This document shows, piece by piece, positions 38,963-48,952 of a stretch of 64,000 nt of DNA (positions are counted from its first letter, which is position 1; every line of letters begins with the position of its first letter). Source of the stretch: an uncultured delta proteobacterium (GTDB taxonomy: Bacteria > Desulfobacterota > Binatia > JACPRU01); assembly GCA_963745025.1 (NCBI GenBank), contig CAVUWD010000016.1:224001-288000 (forward strand), written 5' to 3'. The notes below the pieces were generated by a model. It was not told the origin of the DNA, searched no databases, and saw nothing but the letters and a program-made list of their open reading frames with translations. The translations under genes were made by a program, and so were the position numbers.

Positions 38963-39435
38963 TCCGCACGCTCTCCGTCTTGGGGCTGCTGGCAATCCTC
39001 CTTTGCACCTGTCAGCGCGGTCGCGACCGAGCCACCGAGGAGATCGTGGAGCGCGCGATTGCGGCCCAGGGACGCGAATCGAAGGTCGACATCGATCGCG
39101 AGCACGGATCGATCTCCGTGACGATCGGCGGCGCGACGAAGCCGGCCGGCTGGCCTTCGGTCGTGCCGATCTATCCAAACGCGAACCGTGCGAAGGTTGA
39201 CGAGGACCGAGGTAACGCGCAGCGCCTCTCGGTCGTCACCGAGGACACGCCCAGGGAACTGGAGCAATTTTATCGCGCGCAGCTGGCGAACGAGGGATGG
39301 CAGCTGGAGGCCACCATCGACCGTTCCTTGCGCGCGCGCCGCGGCAACGAACGCCTCGAGCTGCGTGTCTCGGCTCGCGACAAGGGAAAAGGAAGTCGCG
39401 CGGACATCGAATACACGCCGGCCACGCCTGGATGA
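38959..39435 (+). CDS. Hypothetical lipoprotein-like exported protein
   Basis: N-terminal hydrophobic segment ending LLCTC; PAGWPSVVPIYP; FY...L...GW. Confidence 0.65.
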   Translation: MIRTLSVLGLLAILLCTCQRGRDRATEEIVERAIAAQGRESKVDIDREHGSISVTIGGATKPAGWPSVVPIYPNANRAKVDEDRGNAQRLSVVTEDTPRELEQFYRAQLANEGWQLEATIDRSLRARRGNERLELRVSARDKGKGSRADIEYTPATPG

Positions 39436-39461
39436 GTCGCGCTCAGGGAGGAAAGCGATCC

Positions 39462-39767
39462 ATGGCAGTATACCTGAAATCGGTGGCAGTGCTGGTGGTA
39501 GTGCTCGGCGTGCTGACCGGGTCGCAGTTCCTTCGGCGGGTGGTCCACGACGAGGAGTTTCAACGAGCCGCGTTGAGGAAGGAGCGCAACGCGGGAAACA
39601 TCCTCTTCGAATCCGAGTACCGTGTCGCCGAGGCCGGACACATCTTCCTCATCTATTCCGCAATGAGCTGCTTTTTAATCGCGCTGATCGGCGGCTCGCT
39701 CCTCTGGGGCGTCGGCGCGCTGCACTCGAAGGCTGACAAAGGCAGCCCGTCCGGATCCGCTCCGTAG
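39462..39767 (+). CDS. Small hypothetical membrane protein
   Basis: GGAGG RBS, two hydrophobic helices. Confidence 0.6.
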   Translation: MAVYLKSVAVLVVVLGVLTGSQFLRRVVHDEEFQRAALRKERNAGNILFESEYRVAEAGHIFLIYSAMSCFLIALIGGSLLWGVGALHSKADKGSPSGSAP

Positions 39768-39774
39768 CGGAACG

Positions 39775-40329
39775 CTAGAGATCCGCGGGACGTCGCGCGC
39801 GCACCGTGACGTCGATCTTCAGCTCTTCGGCGATGCGGTCGAGATCCGCTTCGAGCGTGGCGAGCCCAATCGAGGAAGGCACACCCATCTCCACGCGCAT
39901 CGTATAGATCGGCGTGCCGCTCTCGGGTTCCGGCCGAGAAACCGTCTTCATTTCGCGGATCGTGATGTCACGCTCGGCGAGCAACCGACAGACACGAGCG
40001 ACGATGCCCGCTTTGTCCACACCAGTGGCGAGAAGCTCGTAGACGTCGCGGCGCGCGGTGTGGCCGTACGGCATCGGTGGCCCTTCGAGCGGGCGGAAGA
40101 ACACGGTCAGACGCCGCTCCCACTCGAGCCGCTTACAGGCGCTCGACAGGCGCCGCTCGAGGTCGTCGCCGCTTCCGGTGAACAGCAGGAGCACGGCGAA
40201 TTCTCCGCCGAGAATCGTCATGCTCGAATCTTCGAGGTTGCAGCCGTGCTCGAAAATGAGCTCGGCGAGGTCGGCGACGATTCCCGGGCGATCCTTGCCG
40301 ATCGCCGATAGGGCGTACCAGCGCTTCAT
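39775..40329 (-). CDS. Double ACT-domain protein (GcvR-like)
   Basis: AIGKDRPGIVA...CNLEDSSM and GVDKAGIVA. Confidence 0.88.
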   Translation of the reverse strand: MKRWYALSAIGKDRPGIVADLAELIFEHGCNLEDSSMTILGGEFAVLLLFTGSGDDLERRLSSACKRLEWERRLTVFFRPLEGPPMPYGHTARRDVYELLATGVDKAGIVARVCRLLAERDITIREMKTVSRPEPESGTPIYTMRVEMGVPSSIGLATLEADLDRIAEELKIDVTVRARRPADL

Positions 40330-40434
40330 GGGGGCGAGGAATAGGGCAATCGAGCGCGGGAGACAAGCAACGAACGGGCTCGCGAAGCCGCCGCCGATTG
40401 CCGGTTCCGGCGAATCCTTGTAGACGAGCGCGAC

Positions 40435-41082
40435 ATGATTCTTTCCGAGTTCGAGTCCAAGGAGTTGCTCCGCTCCTACGGAATCTTCACGGTGGAAGAG
40501 ATGCTGGCGCGCGATGCCGACGAAGCCGTGCGCCGTGCGAACGAGCTCGGCTATCCGGTGGCGGTCAAGCTCTGCGCGACCGGACTCGCCCACAAGACCG
40601 AGCGCGACCTCGTCCGCCTCGGGCTCGCACGGGATGATGAAGTTCGGGCCGCGGCCGCCGACGTGCTCGGCCGGCGCGAATCCCACGAGAGCGACGCGCA
40701 GCTTCTCGTGCAGCGGATGATAGGCGGACGGAGAGAGCTGATCCTCGGCTTGACCCGGGACCGGCAGTTTGGCCCGTGTGTGATGCTCGGCCTGGGCGGC
40801 ATCCTCGCCGAGGCGGTTCGTGACGTGGTGTTCCGGGTAGCGCCGCTCACTTCGGTCGACGCCTCGGAGATGATCGAGGAACTCAAGGCCGCTCCTCTCC
40901 TCGGCGCGTTTCGCGGTGAGCCGGAGGTCGACCGCGAAGCGCTCGCTCGCGCGCTCGTCGCGCTCGGCGTGATCGGCCTCGAGCACCCCGAGATCACCTC
41001 GATCGACGTCAATCCGATGATCCTGGCCGGACGACGACCCATTGCCGTCGATGCGCTGATCGAGCGGACCTCGGTGCGATGA
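40435..41082 (+). CDS. ADP-forming acyl-CoA ligase, beta (ATP-grasp) subunit
   Basis: LSEFESKELL, GYPVAVK, HKTE, RDRQFGP, DVNP. Confidence 0.9.
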   Translation: MILSEFESKELLRSYGIFTVEEMLARDADEAVRRANELGYPVAVKLCATGLAHKTERDLVRLGLARDDEVRAAAADVLGRRESHESDAQLLVQRMIGGRRELILGLTRDRQFGPCVMLGLGGILAEAVRDVVFRVAPLTSVDASEMIEELKAAPLLGAFRGEPEVDREALARALVALGVIGLEHPEITSIDVNPMILAGRRPIAVDALIERTSVR

Positions 41083-42551
41083 GCGCCGTCGAACGTTTTC
41101 GTCCGCTCTTCTATCCACGGGGAGTGGTGATCTCCGGCGTCTCCGCGCATCCCGGGAAGTGGGGATTCCTCTTCCTCCATCACCTGCTGCGGTTCGGCTA
41201 CGAGGGGAGGCTCTTCCCGATCAACCGCAAAGGTGTCGAGGTCCTTGGCCGCGCCACGGTTCGGAACATGGCGGACATCCCGGCAGGCGAAGCCGATCTG
41301 TTGATCGTGTGCACGCCAACCGCGATCAACGTCGAGCTCGTGCGCGCGGCAGCCCGCAAGGGCATGCGCGCGGCGTTCGTTGCCGCCGCAGGCTACGGCG
41401 AGGCCGGAGAGGAGGGCCGGCGGCTCGAAGCCGAGCTGGTGGCGGTGGCCGACGAGGTCGGCATGCTGCTCGCGGGTCCGAACGGGCAGGGTCTCGTCTC
41501 GACCGGCGCGCGGCTCTGCGCGCAGATGGTGGCGCCCTACCCACCGCCCGGGCGAATCTCGGTTGCGAGCCAAAGCGGCAACCTGGTTTCGTCCTTCTGT
41601 CATTACGCGAGCATGACCGGCGTGGGCATCTCGAAAGCGATCTCGTGCGGCAACTCCGCCCAGCTCACGATCGATGACTACGTCGACTATTTCGCCGACG
41701 ACCCCGAAACTGCCGTCACCTTCGTTTACCTGGAGGGGGTCCGTGATGGCCGGCGCTTCTTCAAGCGTGTGGCGCGGGCTTCGTCGCGAAAGCCGATCGT
41801 CGTGCTCAAAGGAGGTGCAACCGCGTTCGGACAGCGTGCGGCCTCCAGCCACACCGGCGCGCTCGCCAGCGACGACCGCATTTTCGACGGTGTCTGTCGA
41901 CAGCTCGGGATGTCGCGCGCCGAGACGCTCGAGGAAGCCTACGAAGCCGCGGCGACATTTGCTTCCCAACCTCTTCCACGTGGCAAGCGCGTGCTCGTCT
42001 TCACAGCCGCTGGGGGCTGGGGCGTACTCTGTGCCGACGCGTGTGTCCGAGCCGGCCTGGAGGTCGCTCCGCTGCCGAGCGATCTGCTCGCCGAAATCGA
42101 TCCGTTGCTACCCTCGCGGTGGAGCCGTGGAAACCCAGTCGACATGGCGGGTGGCGAGTCCCGCGACACGATCCCGAAGCTCCTGGACCTGGTCACTCGT
42201 CATCCGTCGGTCGACGCGGTGATCTATCTCGGACTGGGCATCCAGGCAGCCAATGCCCAGGTGCTCAAGAGCGGTCCATTCTATCCCGGCCACGGCCTCG
42301 ATCGAATCGTGGCGTTCCACGAGCGCCAGGACGCCCGCTACGCGGAAGTCGCGCGTGAAGTGAGCGAGCGATATGCGAAGCCCGTGCTGTGCGCGAGCGA
42401 GCTCGTATACACGGACCGGGCAGGAACCAATCCCGCGCCGCGTGCGGTAGCAGCGGGGGGACGGATCACCTATCCGTCGGCGCACCGTGCAGTGCGGGCG
42501 CTCGCGCACCTCGTACGTTACGCGGAGTGGCGTCGCCGACGCGGGCAATAG
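41079..42551 (+). CDS. ADP-forming acyl-CoA ligase, alpha (CoA-binding) subunit
   Basis: GPNGQG, SQSG, YLEG, ASSHTGALA (phospho-His), NPVD. Confidence 0.9.
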   Translation: MSAVERFRPLFYPRGVVISGVSAHPGKWGFLFLHHLLRFGYEGRLFPINRKGVEVLGRATVRNMADIPAGEADLLIVCTPTAINVELVRAAARKGMRAAFVAAAGYGEAGEEGRRLEAELVAVADEVGMLLAGPNGQGLVSTGARLCAQMVAPYPPPGRISVASQSGNLVSSFCHYASMTGVGISKAISCGNSAQLTIDDYVDYFADDPETAVTFVYLEGVRDGRRFFKRVARASSRKPIVVLKGGATAFGQRAASSHTGALASDDRIFDGVCRQLGMSRAETLEEAYEAAATFASQPLPRGKRVLVFTAAGGWGVLCADACVRAGLEVAPLPSDLLAEIDPLLPSRWSRGNPVDMAGGESRDTIPKLLDLVTRHPSVDAVIYLGLGIQAANAQVLKSGPFYPGHGLDRIVAFHERQDARYAEVAREVSERYAKPVLCASELVYTDRAGTNPAPRAVAAGGRITYPSAHRAVRALAHLVRYAEWRRRRGQ

Positions 42552-42580
42552 AAAAGGGCGGGAACCCTCCCGCCCTTTTC
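42551..42580. terminator. Bidirectional intrinsic terminator
   Basis: Perfect inverted repeat GAAAAGGGCGGGA-ACCC-TCCCGCCCTTTTC between convergent genes. Confidence 0.85.
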
Positions 42581-42608
42581 CATGCCATTCCGGCCCCGTT
42601 TGAAACGA

Positions 42609-42938
42609 TCAGGCGTTCTTGAACAAGGTTTGCATCTTCATTGCCAAGCCCATGTCGCCGGCGATCTTCAACTTGCCCTGCATGAACGCCATCTGGCCAT
42701 TCAGCTTGCCGAGCGTGAGATCGACGTAGTCCTTTCCGGCCATCGTCATGGTCATCTTCGGTGAGGGGTGGGTTCCTTCTTTTACCTCGAGCTTCCCCTC
42801 CTTGATGATCGCATGGTACTGCCCGCTGTCGTCCCCGGTCAGGTTGAACTGAATCACGGCATCCATGCCCTTGGCCGCGTCGGCGTTGAAGCGATTGGGC
42901 ATTTCCTTGAAGATGTCTTTCACCGTCACGTCTGCCAT
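42609..42938 (-). CDS. SCP2 sterol-binding domain protein
   Basis: IQFNLTG, GKLNGQMAFMQGKLKIAGDMGLAMK; AAGGAG RBS. Confidence 0.93.
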   Translation of the reverse strand: MADVTVKDIFKEMPNRFNADAAKGMDAVIQFNLTGDDSGQYHAIIKEGKLEVKEGTHPSPKMTMTMAGKDYVDLTLGKLNGQMAFMQGKLKIAGDMGLAMKMQTLFKNA

Positions 42939-43011
42939 TGCTCTCTCCTCCTTAGCAGTGGGGCTCTGGATCAAATGATTGAATCTACATAGTGAGGGTC
43001 TGCGCGTTGTG

Positions 43012-43263
43012 TCAAGAGGCCGATACACGTGCGCCCGCGCCGGCTGAACGGACGCTGCGATCGCCTTCCTCGACGAGCTGAATCTCGTCGTAGTGCACCG
43101 ACCAGTTCGTACCATTGTCCCAGAGCACGCGCAGCGGGACGTTGAAGCCGTCGCGGAACTGACCCGTCACGATTCCACGCTCGCCGCGCCGCAGACGCAA
43201 GTATTGGTCCTTGAGATGAACCACCAGTTCGACTCGCTTCCCCATCAGGTTTTCGCAACTCAT
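43012..43263 (-). CDS. Small hypothetical protein (SH3-like beta pattern)
   Basis: GGGAGG RBS; GKRVEL...GERGIV...LRVLWDNG. Confidence 0.55.
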   Translation of the reverse strand: MSCENLMGKRVELVVHLKDQYLRLRRGERGIVTGQFRDGFNVPLRVLWDNGTNWSVHYDEIQLVEEGDRSVRSAGAGARVSAS

Positions 43264-43379
43264 CGGTTGACCTCCCAGCGCGCGATCTCGCGAGCCCACC
43301 AAAGTCGACCGAAGGTAGCAACAAAAACTTTGGGGTTCAATCGCCCGTTGTGCTAAGCGACGCCCTCGGAACCGGGACG

Positions 43380-43967
43380 ATGACGGCCGACGATTTCCGC
43401 AAAGACAAGTACCTCCGCGCCACCGGATACAACTTCTACGTGTGGGCGGCGGTGAACGTGCTGATCACCTGGCCACTCTACTCGGCGCTTGCCGGGAATC
43501 CCTGGCCGGACTGGCTCGCCGGCCTCTATCCGTTCGGGCTGATCGGCACGGGAATCTTCTTTTCCGTTCTCAATGACAACCGGGTGCAGAAGATGTGCGG
43601 CGACCCGAATCCAACTCCGCTGGTCGAAGCAGGCACCATCTGGGGGCCGATTTTTCTGATCGGATTCATACTCACGGTGGTCTTCGTGGTTCGGGGCCCG
43701 GCCGCCTATATTCAACCCTTGTGGCTCTGCCTCGTCGGAGCCGCGTACCTGATGTGGGGAAATTTCGGCGTTCCCGAGTTTCGCTGGTTCGGCCGGATAC
43801 TCGTCATCGCTGGAGGAATCGCCGGCTTGTCGATTCGGCCGGCCGACATCCCTCCACACCTGGCTTCGTCCTCCGCGCTCGCGGTCTGGGTGGCGTTCAT
43901 GGGCGCCCTGTGGGTGCCGTTTGGCGCGCACATCAACCGCAAATACGTCCACCCGAGCCCGCGATAG
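43380..43967 (+). CDS. Hypothetical multi-pass membrane protein
   Basis: About six hydrophobic helices with typical codon usage. Confidence 0.75.
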   Translation: MTADDFRKDKYLRATGYNFYVWAAVNVLITWPLYSALAGNPWPDWLAGLYPFGLIGTGIFFSVLNDNRVQKMCGDPNPTPLVEAGTIWGPIFLIGFILTVVFVVRGPAAYIQPLWLCLVGAAYLMWGNFGVPEFRWFGRILVIAGGIAGLSIRPADIPPHLASSSALAVWVAFMGALWVPFGAHINRKYVHPSPR

Positions 43968-43969
43968 GC

Positions 43970-46045
43970 TCAACCACTCGAGCCTTCGAGCACAGCAGAT
44001 CGGGCGCCGTAGAGGGCCTGGTAGACGCGGCGATGCGCGAGCACGCGCTTCACGTAGCTGCGGGTTTCGCGGTAACTGATGCTCTCGACGAATTCGTCGT
44101 CCTCGACGTCCGGATCGCGACGCTGCCACTTGTCCACGGCGGCCTCGCCGGCGTTGTAGGCGGCCAACCCGCGCGCCAGATCACCGTCGTACCGGCTCAG
44201 GAGCTGTTGCAGATAGAGGGTCCCGAGCGCGATGTTGTCAGCGGGATCGAAGAGGCGCTCGGTGCGGAAATCGGCCTTGCCGCTCTCCGTGGCAAGACGC
44301 TCCCCTGTCGAGGGGAGAATCTGCATCAGACCGAGAGCGTTCGCGGACGACCGCGCTTCGCTATCGAAGAGACTTTCCTGCCGGATCAGGGCCGCAACGA
44401 GATAGGCATCGAGCGAGCGGGCCGCGCTTTCCCGCTCGACGACCGGCCAGAAGGCGAGGGGATAGCAAAAGCGGAGCCACGGGCTGTCGAGACCGCATCC
44501 GCCGGCGTGGACGGCGCGTCCGACCGATTGCCGATACCCCCCCACGTCGAGCCAGGCGTGGATCAGAAAGCCATCGCATCCGGAGATCCGCTGTTGAAAG
44601 ACCGCCAACTCACCGCGCGCCAGCGGCAGAAGGCTCATTGCTTTCAGCTCGTCGTACCGCGCGAGATGGGGATCACCGCTGGTGCACGCCGGTTCGAGGG
44701 GCTCGTGGGTCGGTTCGCGCGGAATTCGGCCGGCCAATGCCGAGCCCTCGCGGCGCCCGAGGCGTTGCTCGGCGAGCGTGGCGTAGTAACTCTCGGGATA
44801 TTCTCGGAGCAAGCTCTCGTAGCTAGCGGCGTCGCCGGAAGCCCTTGCCTCCCAGTAAAACGCCGCCGCCCTGTCGGACGAGCCCCGCTCGGCGAGATCC
44901 GCGAAAAGTTCCGCGGCGCGAGCACGATTTCCCGCTCGATATTGGCACCAGCCAACGCGGAATCGCGCCTCCGAGGCGAGCGGGCTCTCTGGGTAACGCT
45001 TCGCGAGCCGCGCGAATTGCTCGGCAGCCAGCGAGCAATGCCTCGCCTCTTGGTGAATGCGAGCGATTGCATAGATGGATTCCGCGGCTTGCGAGCCGCG
45101 GGGATATTCGCGGGCGTAAAGACCGAGAAGGCGGAGTGCGGCCACGTCGTCGTCCCGGTTCCAAGCGAGCGAGCCCAGCCGAAACAGTGCTCGAGCAGCG
45201 ACGGGATGGCGGGGATAGGTGGCGCGAATCCGCTCGAGCACCCGCTCACCCGCCTCCCGCTCGCCGCTTTGCAGGAGCGCGCTAGCTTCGAGCCACAGAA
45301 GCTCCGGGAGCTCGCTCTGCGAGCGGAAGCGCTCCTCGGCACTCTGCACGAGCTCGAGAGCTCGCGTCGCCTCTCCCTCTGCAAGCAGAAGCGAGATCTC
45401 CTCCCGCGCCGAAGCCGCCGTGGCCAGAGCGACGGTGTCGCGATCCGCCCACGCCTGCTCGCGGGCAGCGAGAGCTTGTGGCGACTGCGGATAGCGGGTG
45501 CGGAGCTCGGCGGCGAGGGCGCGCGCCGTAGCGACGTCGCCGAGCCGATCGGCGGCCTCGCTGGCGAGGGCCAGCGCGGAAGCGCGCTCGTTCGCGTCCC
45601 TCAGGTCCCGACGTGCGGCCTCGAGCTGTTTCGCCGCGGCTTCCCAATTGCCTTCCGCAGCCCGCGCACGCCCCACCGCGAGCTCGGCCTCTCCCTTCCA
45701 GACGGAGTCGGGAAAGCGGTCTTCCAGCGCGTGCCAGGTGGTGAGGGCGCCGGCTCTGTCGTCACGCGCCTCTGCGATCTTCGCGAGGTAGCGAAGCACG
45801 TAATCGGCGAGCTCTGGATACACCGGCGCGAGCCGCCGCAAAAGCGCATCGGCGGATGCCAGGTCACGTCGGTCGTAGAGCGATAGCGCAGCGTGAAACA
45901 GCTCGCGACGCTCCGCAGGAGTGCTGCCTTCGGGGATCGCGGCGGCGAGCGCTGGTGAAGGCGCGGTGGGGGGCAGCGGGCTCGGCTCCGGCGCGCAGGC
46001 GGCAATGAAGAAGAGGAGTGACGCAACCCACGTTCTTCTTTTCAT
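43970..46045 (-). CDS. slt: Soluble lytic transglycosylase (Slt-like) lipoprotein with TPR repeats
   Basis: Lipobox IAAC, TPR-like repeats, ALIRQES, GLMQI, AAYNAG, ETRSYVKRV. Confidence 0.92.
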   Translation of the reverse strand: MKRRTWVASLLFFIAACAPEPSPLPPTAPSPALAAAIPEGSTPAERRELFHAALSLYDRRDLASADALLRRLAPVYPELADYVLRYLAKIAEARDDRAGALTTWHALEDRFPDSVWKGEAELAVGRARAAEGNWEAAAKQLEAARRDLRDANERASALALASEAADRLGDVATARALAAELRTRYPQSPQALAAREQAWADRDTVALATAASAREEISLLLAEGEATRALELVQSAEERFRSQSELPELLWLEASALLQSGEREAGERVLERIRATYPRHPVAARALFRLGSLAWNRDDDVAALRLLGLYAREYPRGSQAAESIYAIARIHQEARHCSLAAEQFARLAKRYPESPLASEARFRVGWCQYRAGNRARAAELFADLAERGSSDRAAAFYWEARASGDAASYESLLREYPESYYATLAEQRLGRREGSALAGRIPREPTHEPLEPACTSGDPHLARYDELKAMSLLPLARGELAVFQQRISGCDGFLIHAWLDVGGYRQSVGRAVHAGGCGLDSPWLRFCYPLAFWPVVERESAARSLDAYLVAALIRQESLFDSEARSSANALGLMQILPSTGERLATESGKADFRTERLFDPADNIALGTLYLQQLLSRYDGDLARGLAAYNAGEAAVDKWQRRDPDVEDDEFVESISYRETRSYVKRVLAHRRVYQALYGARSAVLEGSSG

Positions 46046-46063
46046 GTCCCGGCTTCGGCTACC

Positions 46064-46696
46064 ATGGGCCGCTTGGAGCCGCAACGCAACGAACGTCGAT
46101 CGGAGTGCTGGATTCTCGCCTCGGCCTCGCCACGGAGAGTAGACCTGCTCGAGCGCGCAGGTCAGCGCTTCGAGCGCGAAGCAAGCGCGGTCGACGAATC
46201 GGCGCGAGCGGGAGAGGGCGCCCTCGAGTTCGCAGTACGAGTGGCGCACGACAAGGCCCGCGAGGTCGCCGGCCGTCGTCCCGGGCGCTGGGTTCTCGCC
46301 GCCGACACGGTGGTGATCGTCGACGGCGAGCCGCTCGGCAAGCCACGTGATGCGACTGACGCGCGAGCGATGCTCGCGCGCCTTTCGGACCGAAAGCACG
46401 AGGTTGCCACCGCGTTCGTGCTGCTCGATTCCGCAGGACGAACCTTCGCCACGGAAGTCGTCCGTAGCGAGGTGACGTTTCGCCGGGTCGCATTCCCGGA
46501 CATCGAGGCATACGTTCGGACGGATGAGCCGCTCGACAAGGCGGGTGGCTATGCGATCCAGGGCGGCGCCCGAGCCTTCGTCCGGGAGCTCAGGGGATCG
46601 CTCACCAACGTCATCGGCTTGCCGATGGCCGAGGTCGAGGCCGCGCTGCGGGCTGCAGGTCTCTGGATCGAAGCGCCCGCGGCGTGCGAACGATGA
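46064..46696 (+). CDS. maf: Maf-family nucleoside triphosphate pyrophosphatase
   Basis: ILASASPRR, AADTVV, LGKP, DKAGGYAIQG, NVIGLP. Confidence 0.95.
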   Translation: MGRLEPQRNERRSECWILASASPRRVDLLERAGQRFEREASAVDESARAGEGALEFAVRVAHDKAREVAGRRPGRWVLAADTVVIVDGEPLGKPRDATDARAMLARLSDRKHEVATAFVLLDSAGRTFATEVVRSEVTFRRVAFPDIEAYVRTDEPLDKAGGYAIQGGARAFVRELRGSLTNVIGLPMAEVEAALRAAGLWIEAPAACER

Positions 46697-48222
46697 GCTC
46701 GACGATTGCAGAGCGCTATGGCTCTGTCGTCGCGCGGGCTGCCGAAGCGGCCGTGCGCTCGGGAAGAGCCCCCGCCGAAGTCACCATCGTCGTCGCCGCA
46801 AAAACGTTCGGCGTCGACAGGCTACGAGAGGTCGTGGCTGCCGGCGCCCGAGAGATCGGCGAGAATTACGTTCAGGAAGCGCGCCGCAAAGCCTCGGAGC
46901 TCCGTCTGCCGCAAGTGCGCTGGCACATGATCGGAAGGCTGCAGCGCAACAAAGTGAAGCAAGCACTGCCGCTCTTTCATCTGATCCACTCGCTCGATCG
47001 GCTCGATCTCGCCGAGGCTCTGGACTCCGCGGCCAGGCTGCTCGGAAGGACTGCGCGTTGTCTCGTCGAGGTCAACCTCGCGGGCGAGAGAACCAAGGGC
47101 GGCGTCTCCCCGGACTCGCTTTCCGCGCTGCTCGAGGCGGTGGCGCCGTTCGCTCATCTGTCCATCGAGGGCCTGATGGCGATCCCGCCGCCCGGCTCGA
47201 TCGATGGCAGCCGCCGATCGTTCGCTCGCCTACGCGCGCTGCGGGACCGGCTCGTCCATTTGCGTCTTCCCAACGTCCAGCTTAAGGAACTTTCCATGGG
47301 GATGTCCTCGGATTTCGAAGATGCCATCGAAGAAGGGGCGACCCTAGTGCGGATCGGAACCGCGATCTTCGGGCCGCGTGGCGACATGACGAAGCGACCA
47401 AAAAAGCTCGGTTTCATCGGCGCCGGCAACATGGCCGGTGCGCTTCTGAAGGGGGTTCTCGCGGCCGGTCTGTACCGTGCGGGGGGCCTCTGGGTGACCG
47501 ATCCGGTGCCCGATCAGTGTCGACGGGTGCGGCGTCGTTACGGCGTTGGCGCGGCTCGAGACAACCGAGAGCTGGTGCGCGGCTCGCAGATCGTCCTACT
47601 CGCGGTCAAACCGCAGGTACTTCCGGAGGTGCTCGAAGAGATCAAGGGCGATGCCGGCTCCCGCCAGCTCTTCCTGTCGATTGCCGCCGGAGTGCCTCTC
47701 CGTCGGCTCGAGGCTGGCCTCGGCGAGCGCGTCCGCGTCGTTCGGGTGATGCCGAACGCACCGGCTCTTCTCGGCAAGGGAATGTCGGTGCTGGTCAAAG
47801 GTTCGCGCGCGACATCCGGGGATCTGCGGCTTGCGCTGCGAATTTTTCGTGGAGTCGGTGACGCGGTAGCCGTGGATGACGAGCAGCTTCTCGATCCGGT
47901 GACGGGCTTGAGCGGAAGCGGACCGGCCTACGTGTATCGCTTCGCGGAGGCGCTCATCGAGGCGGGTACGCGCCAGGGGATCCCGGCGGAAGTGGTCGGC
48001 CGGCTCGTGTTCCGAACGCTCGACGGCGCCGCCGCGATGCTGCTCGAAACGGGCATGACGCCGAAGGAACTGCGTGAGATGGTGAGCTCACCCGGCGGGA
48101 CGACTCTCGCAGGCCTGGCGGCGCTCGACGGAGGCGGGTTCATGGATGCGGTGATAGCAGCCGTTGCCGCGGCCACGTATCGTTCGCGAGAGCTGGGCGC
48201 CGGTGAAACGGTTGGGGGGTAG
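46693..48222 (+). CDS. proC: In-frame fusion of YggS (PLP homeostasis protein) and pyrroline-5-carboxylate reductase ProC (ProC part from ATG 47386)
   Basis: GENYVQE, HMIGRLQRNK, LSMGMSSD, LVRIGTAIFG continue without a stop into GFIGAGNM, RVMPN, SGSGPAY, SPGGTT. Confidence 0.9.
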   Translation: MSSTIAERYGSVVARAAEAAVRSGRAPAEVTIVVAAKTFGVDRLREVVAAGAREIGENYVQEARRKASELRLPQVRWHMIGRLQRNKVKQALPLFHLIHSLDRLDLAEALDSAARLLGRTARCLVEVNLAGERTKGGVSPDSLSALLEAVAPFAHLSIEGLMAIPPPGSIDGSRRSFARLRALRDRLVHLRLPNVQLKELSMGMSSDFEDAIEEGATLVRIGTAIFGPRGDMTKRPKKLGFIGAGNMAGALLKGVLAAGLYRAGGLWVTDPVPDQCRRVRRRYGVGAARDNRELVRGSQIVLLAVKPQVLPEVLEEIKGDAGSRQLFLSIAAGVPLRRLEAGLGERVRVVRVMPNAPALLGKGMSVLVKGSRATSGDLRLALRIFRGVGDAVAVDDEQLLDPVTGLSGSGPAYVYRFAEALIEAGTRQGIPAEVVGRLVFRTLDGAAAMLLETGMTPKELREMVSSPGGTTLAGLAALDGGGFMDAVIAAVAAATYRSRELGAGETVGG

Positions 48223-48225
48223 CCG

Positions 48226-48528
48226 ATGTTCATGCTTTCCAATTTCCTGATCGCTGCCGCGAGCGTGCTCGGGATGCTGATCACGCTCTACACCTACGTG
48301 ATTATCGCGCGGGCGATCATCTCTTGGGTCAATCCCGACCCGTACAATCCGATCGTGCGCTTCCTCTACAACGTGACCGAGCCGGTGCTCTATCGAGTGC
48401 GGCGGACGATTCCGTTCTCCTATGCCGGAGGGCTCGATTTCTCGCCGCTAATCGTGCTTTTCGGGCTGTATTTCTTGCAAATCTTCCTGGTGCGGAGCCT
48501 CCAGGACTTCGCGGTCACGTTGCGCTGA
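48226..48528 (+). CDS. yggT: YggT family membrane protein
   Basis: SWVNPDPYNPIVRFL..VTEP, GLDFSP. Confidence 0.95.
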   Translation: MFMLSNFLIAAASVLGMLITLYTYVIIARAIISWVNPDPYNPIVRFLYNVTEPVLYRVRRTIPFSYAGGLDFSPLIVLFGLYFLQIFLVRSLQDFAVTLR

Positions 48529-48544
48529 CCGCCCGCGGCCTGCA

Positions 48545-48573
48545 TTGACAATGGTCCGCACCCTGATTAATTA
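48545..48573 (+). promoter_or_regulatory. Sigma70 promoter, probably leaderless transcript
   Basis: TTGACA-N17-TAATTA ending 7 nt before ATG 48581; no SD sequence. Confidence 0.55.
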
Positions 48574-48580
48574 AAACCTA

Positions 48581-48880
48581 ATGCCCGTGTACGAGTACGG
48601 CTGCGAAAGTTGCGGTACGTTCGAAGCCACCCAGCGGATCACTGATAAACCGCTGCGCCGCTGCCCCACGTGCAAGGGCAAGGTCGCAAAGCTGATCTCG
48701 AGCACGTCGTTTCAGCTCAAGGGATCAGGGTGGTACGTGACCGACTATGCGGGTAAAAAGGACGGCAGCGGGACGAATCTGAAAGAAGACGCCAAGCCAA
48801 ACCCAACGGTCGCTAAGGAGTCGAAAGACTCCACCCCTGCCAAGAGCAGCCAGGGAAAAACCGAGGCGACCGCCGCCTGA
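48581..48880 (+). CDS. FmdB-family zinc ribbon protein
   Basis: [12 protein letters not shown]...CPTC...[13 protein letters not shown]. Confidence 0.93.
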   Translation: MPVYEYGCESCGTFEATQRITDKPLRRCPTCKGKVAKLISSTSFQLKGSGWYVTDYAGKKDGSGTNLKEDAKPNPTVAKESKDSTPAKSSQGKTEATAA

Positions 48881-48952
48881 CGGACGATCGCCTCGCGGTT
48901 GACCGACGCGCGCGACGCTCTTGGGCGAGAAACCGCTAAAAGCTTAGTTTGC

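Noticed and set aside
43595-45886. 763-aa plus-strand ORF
   Set aside because: Antisense shadow of slt with no recognisable motifs
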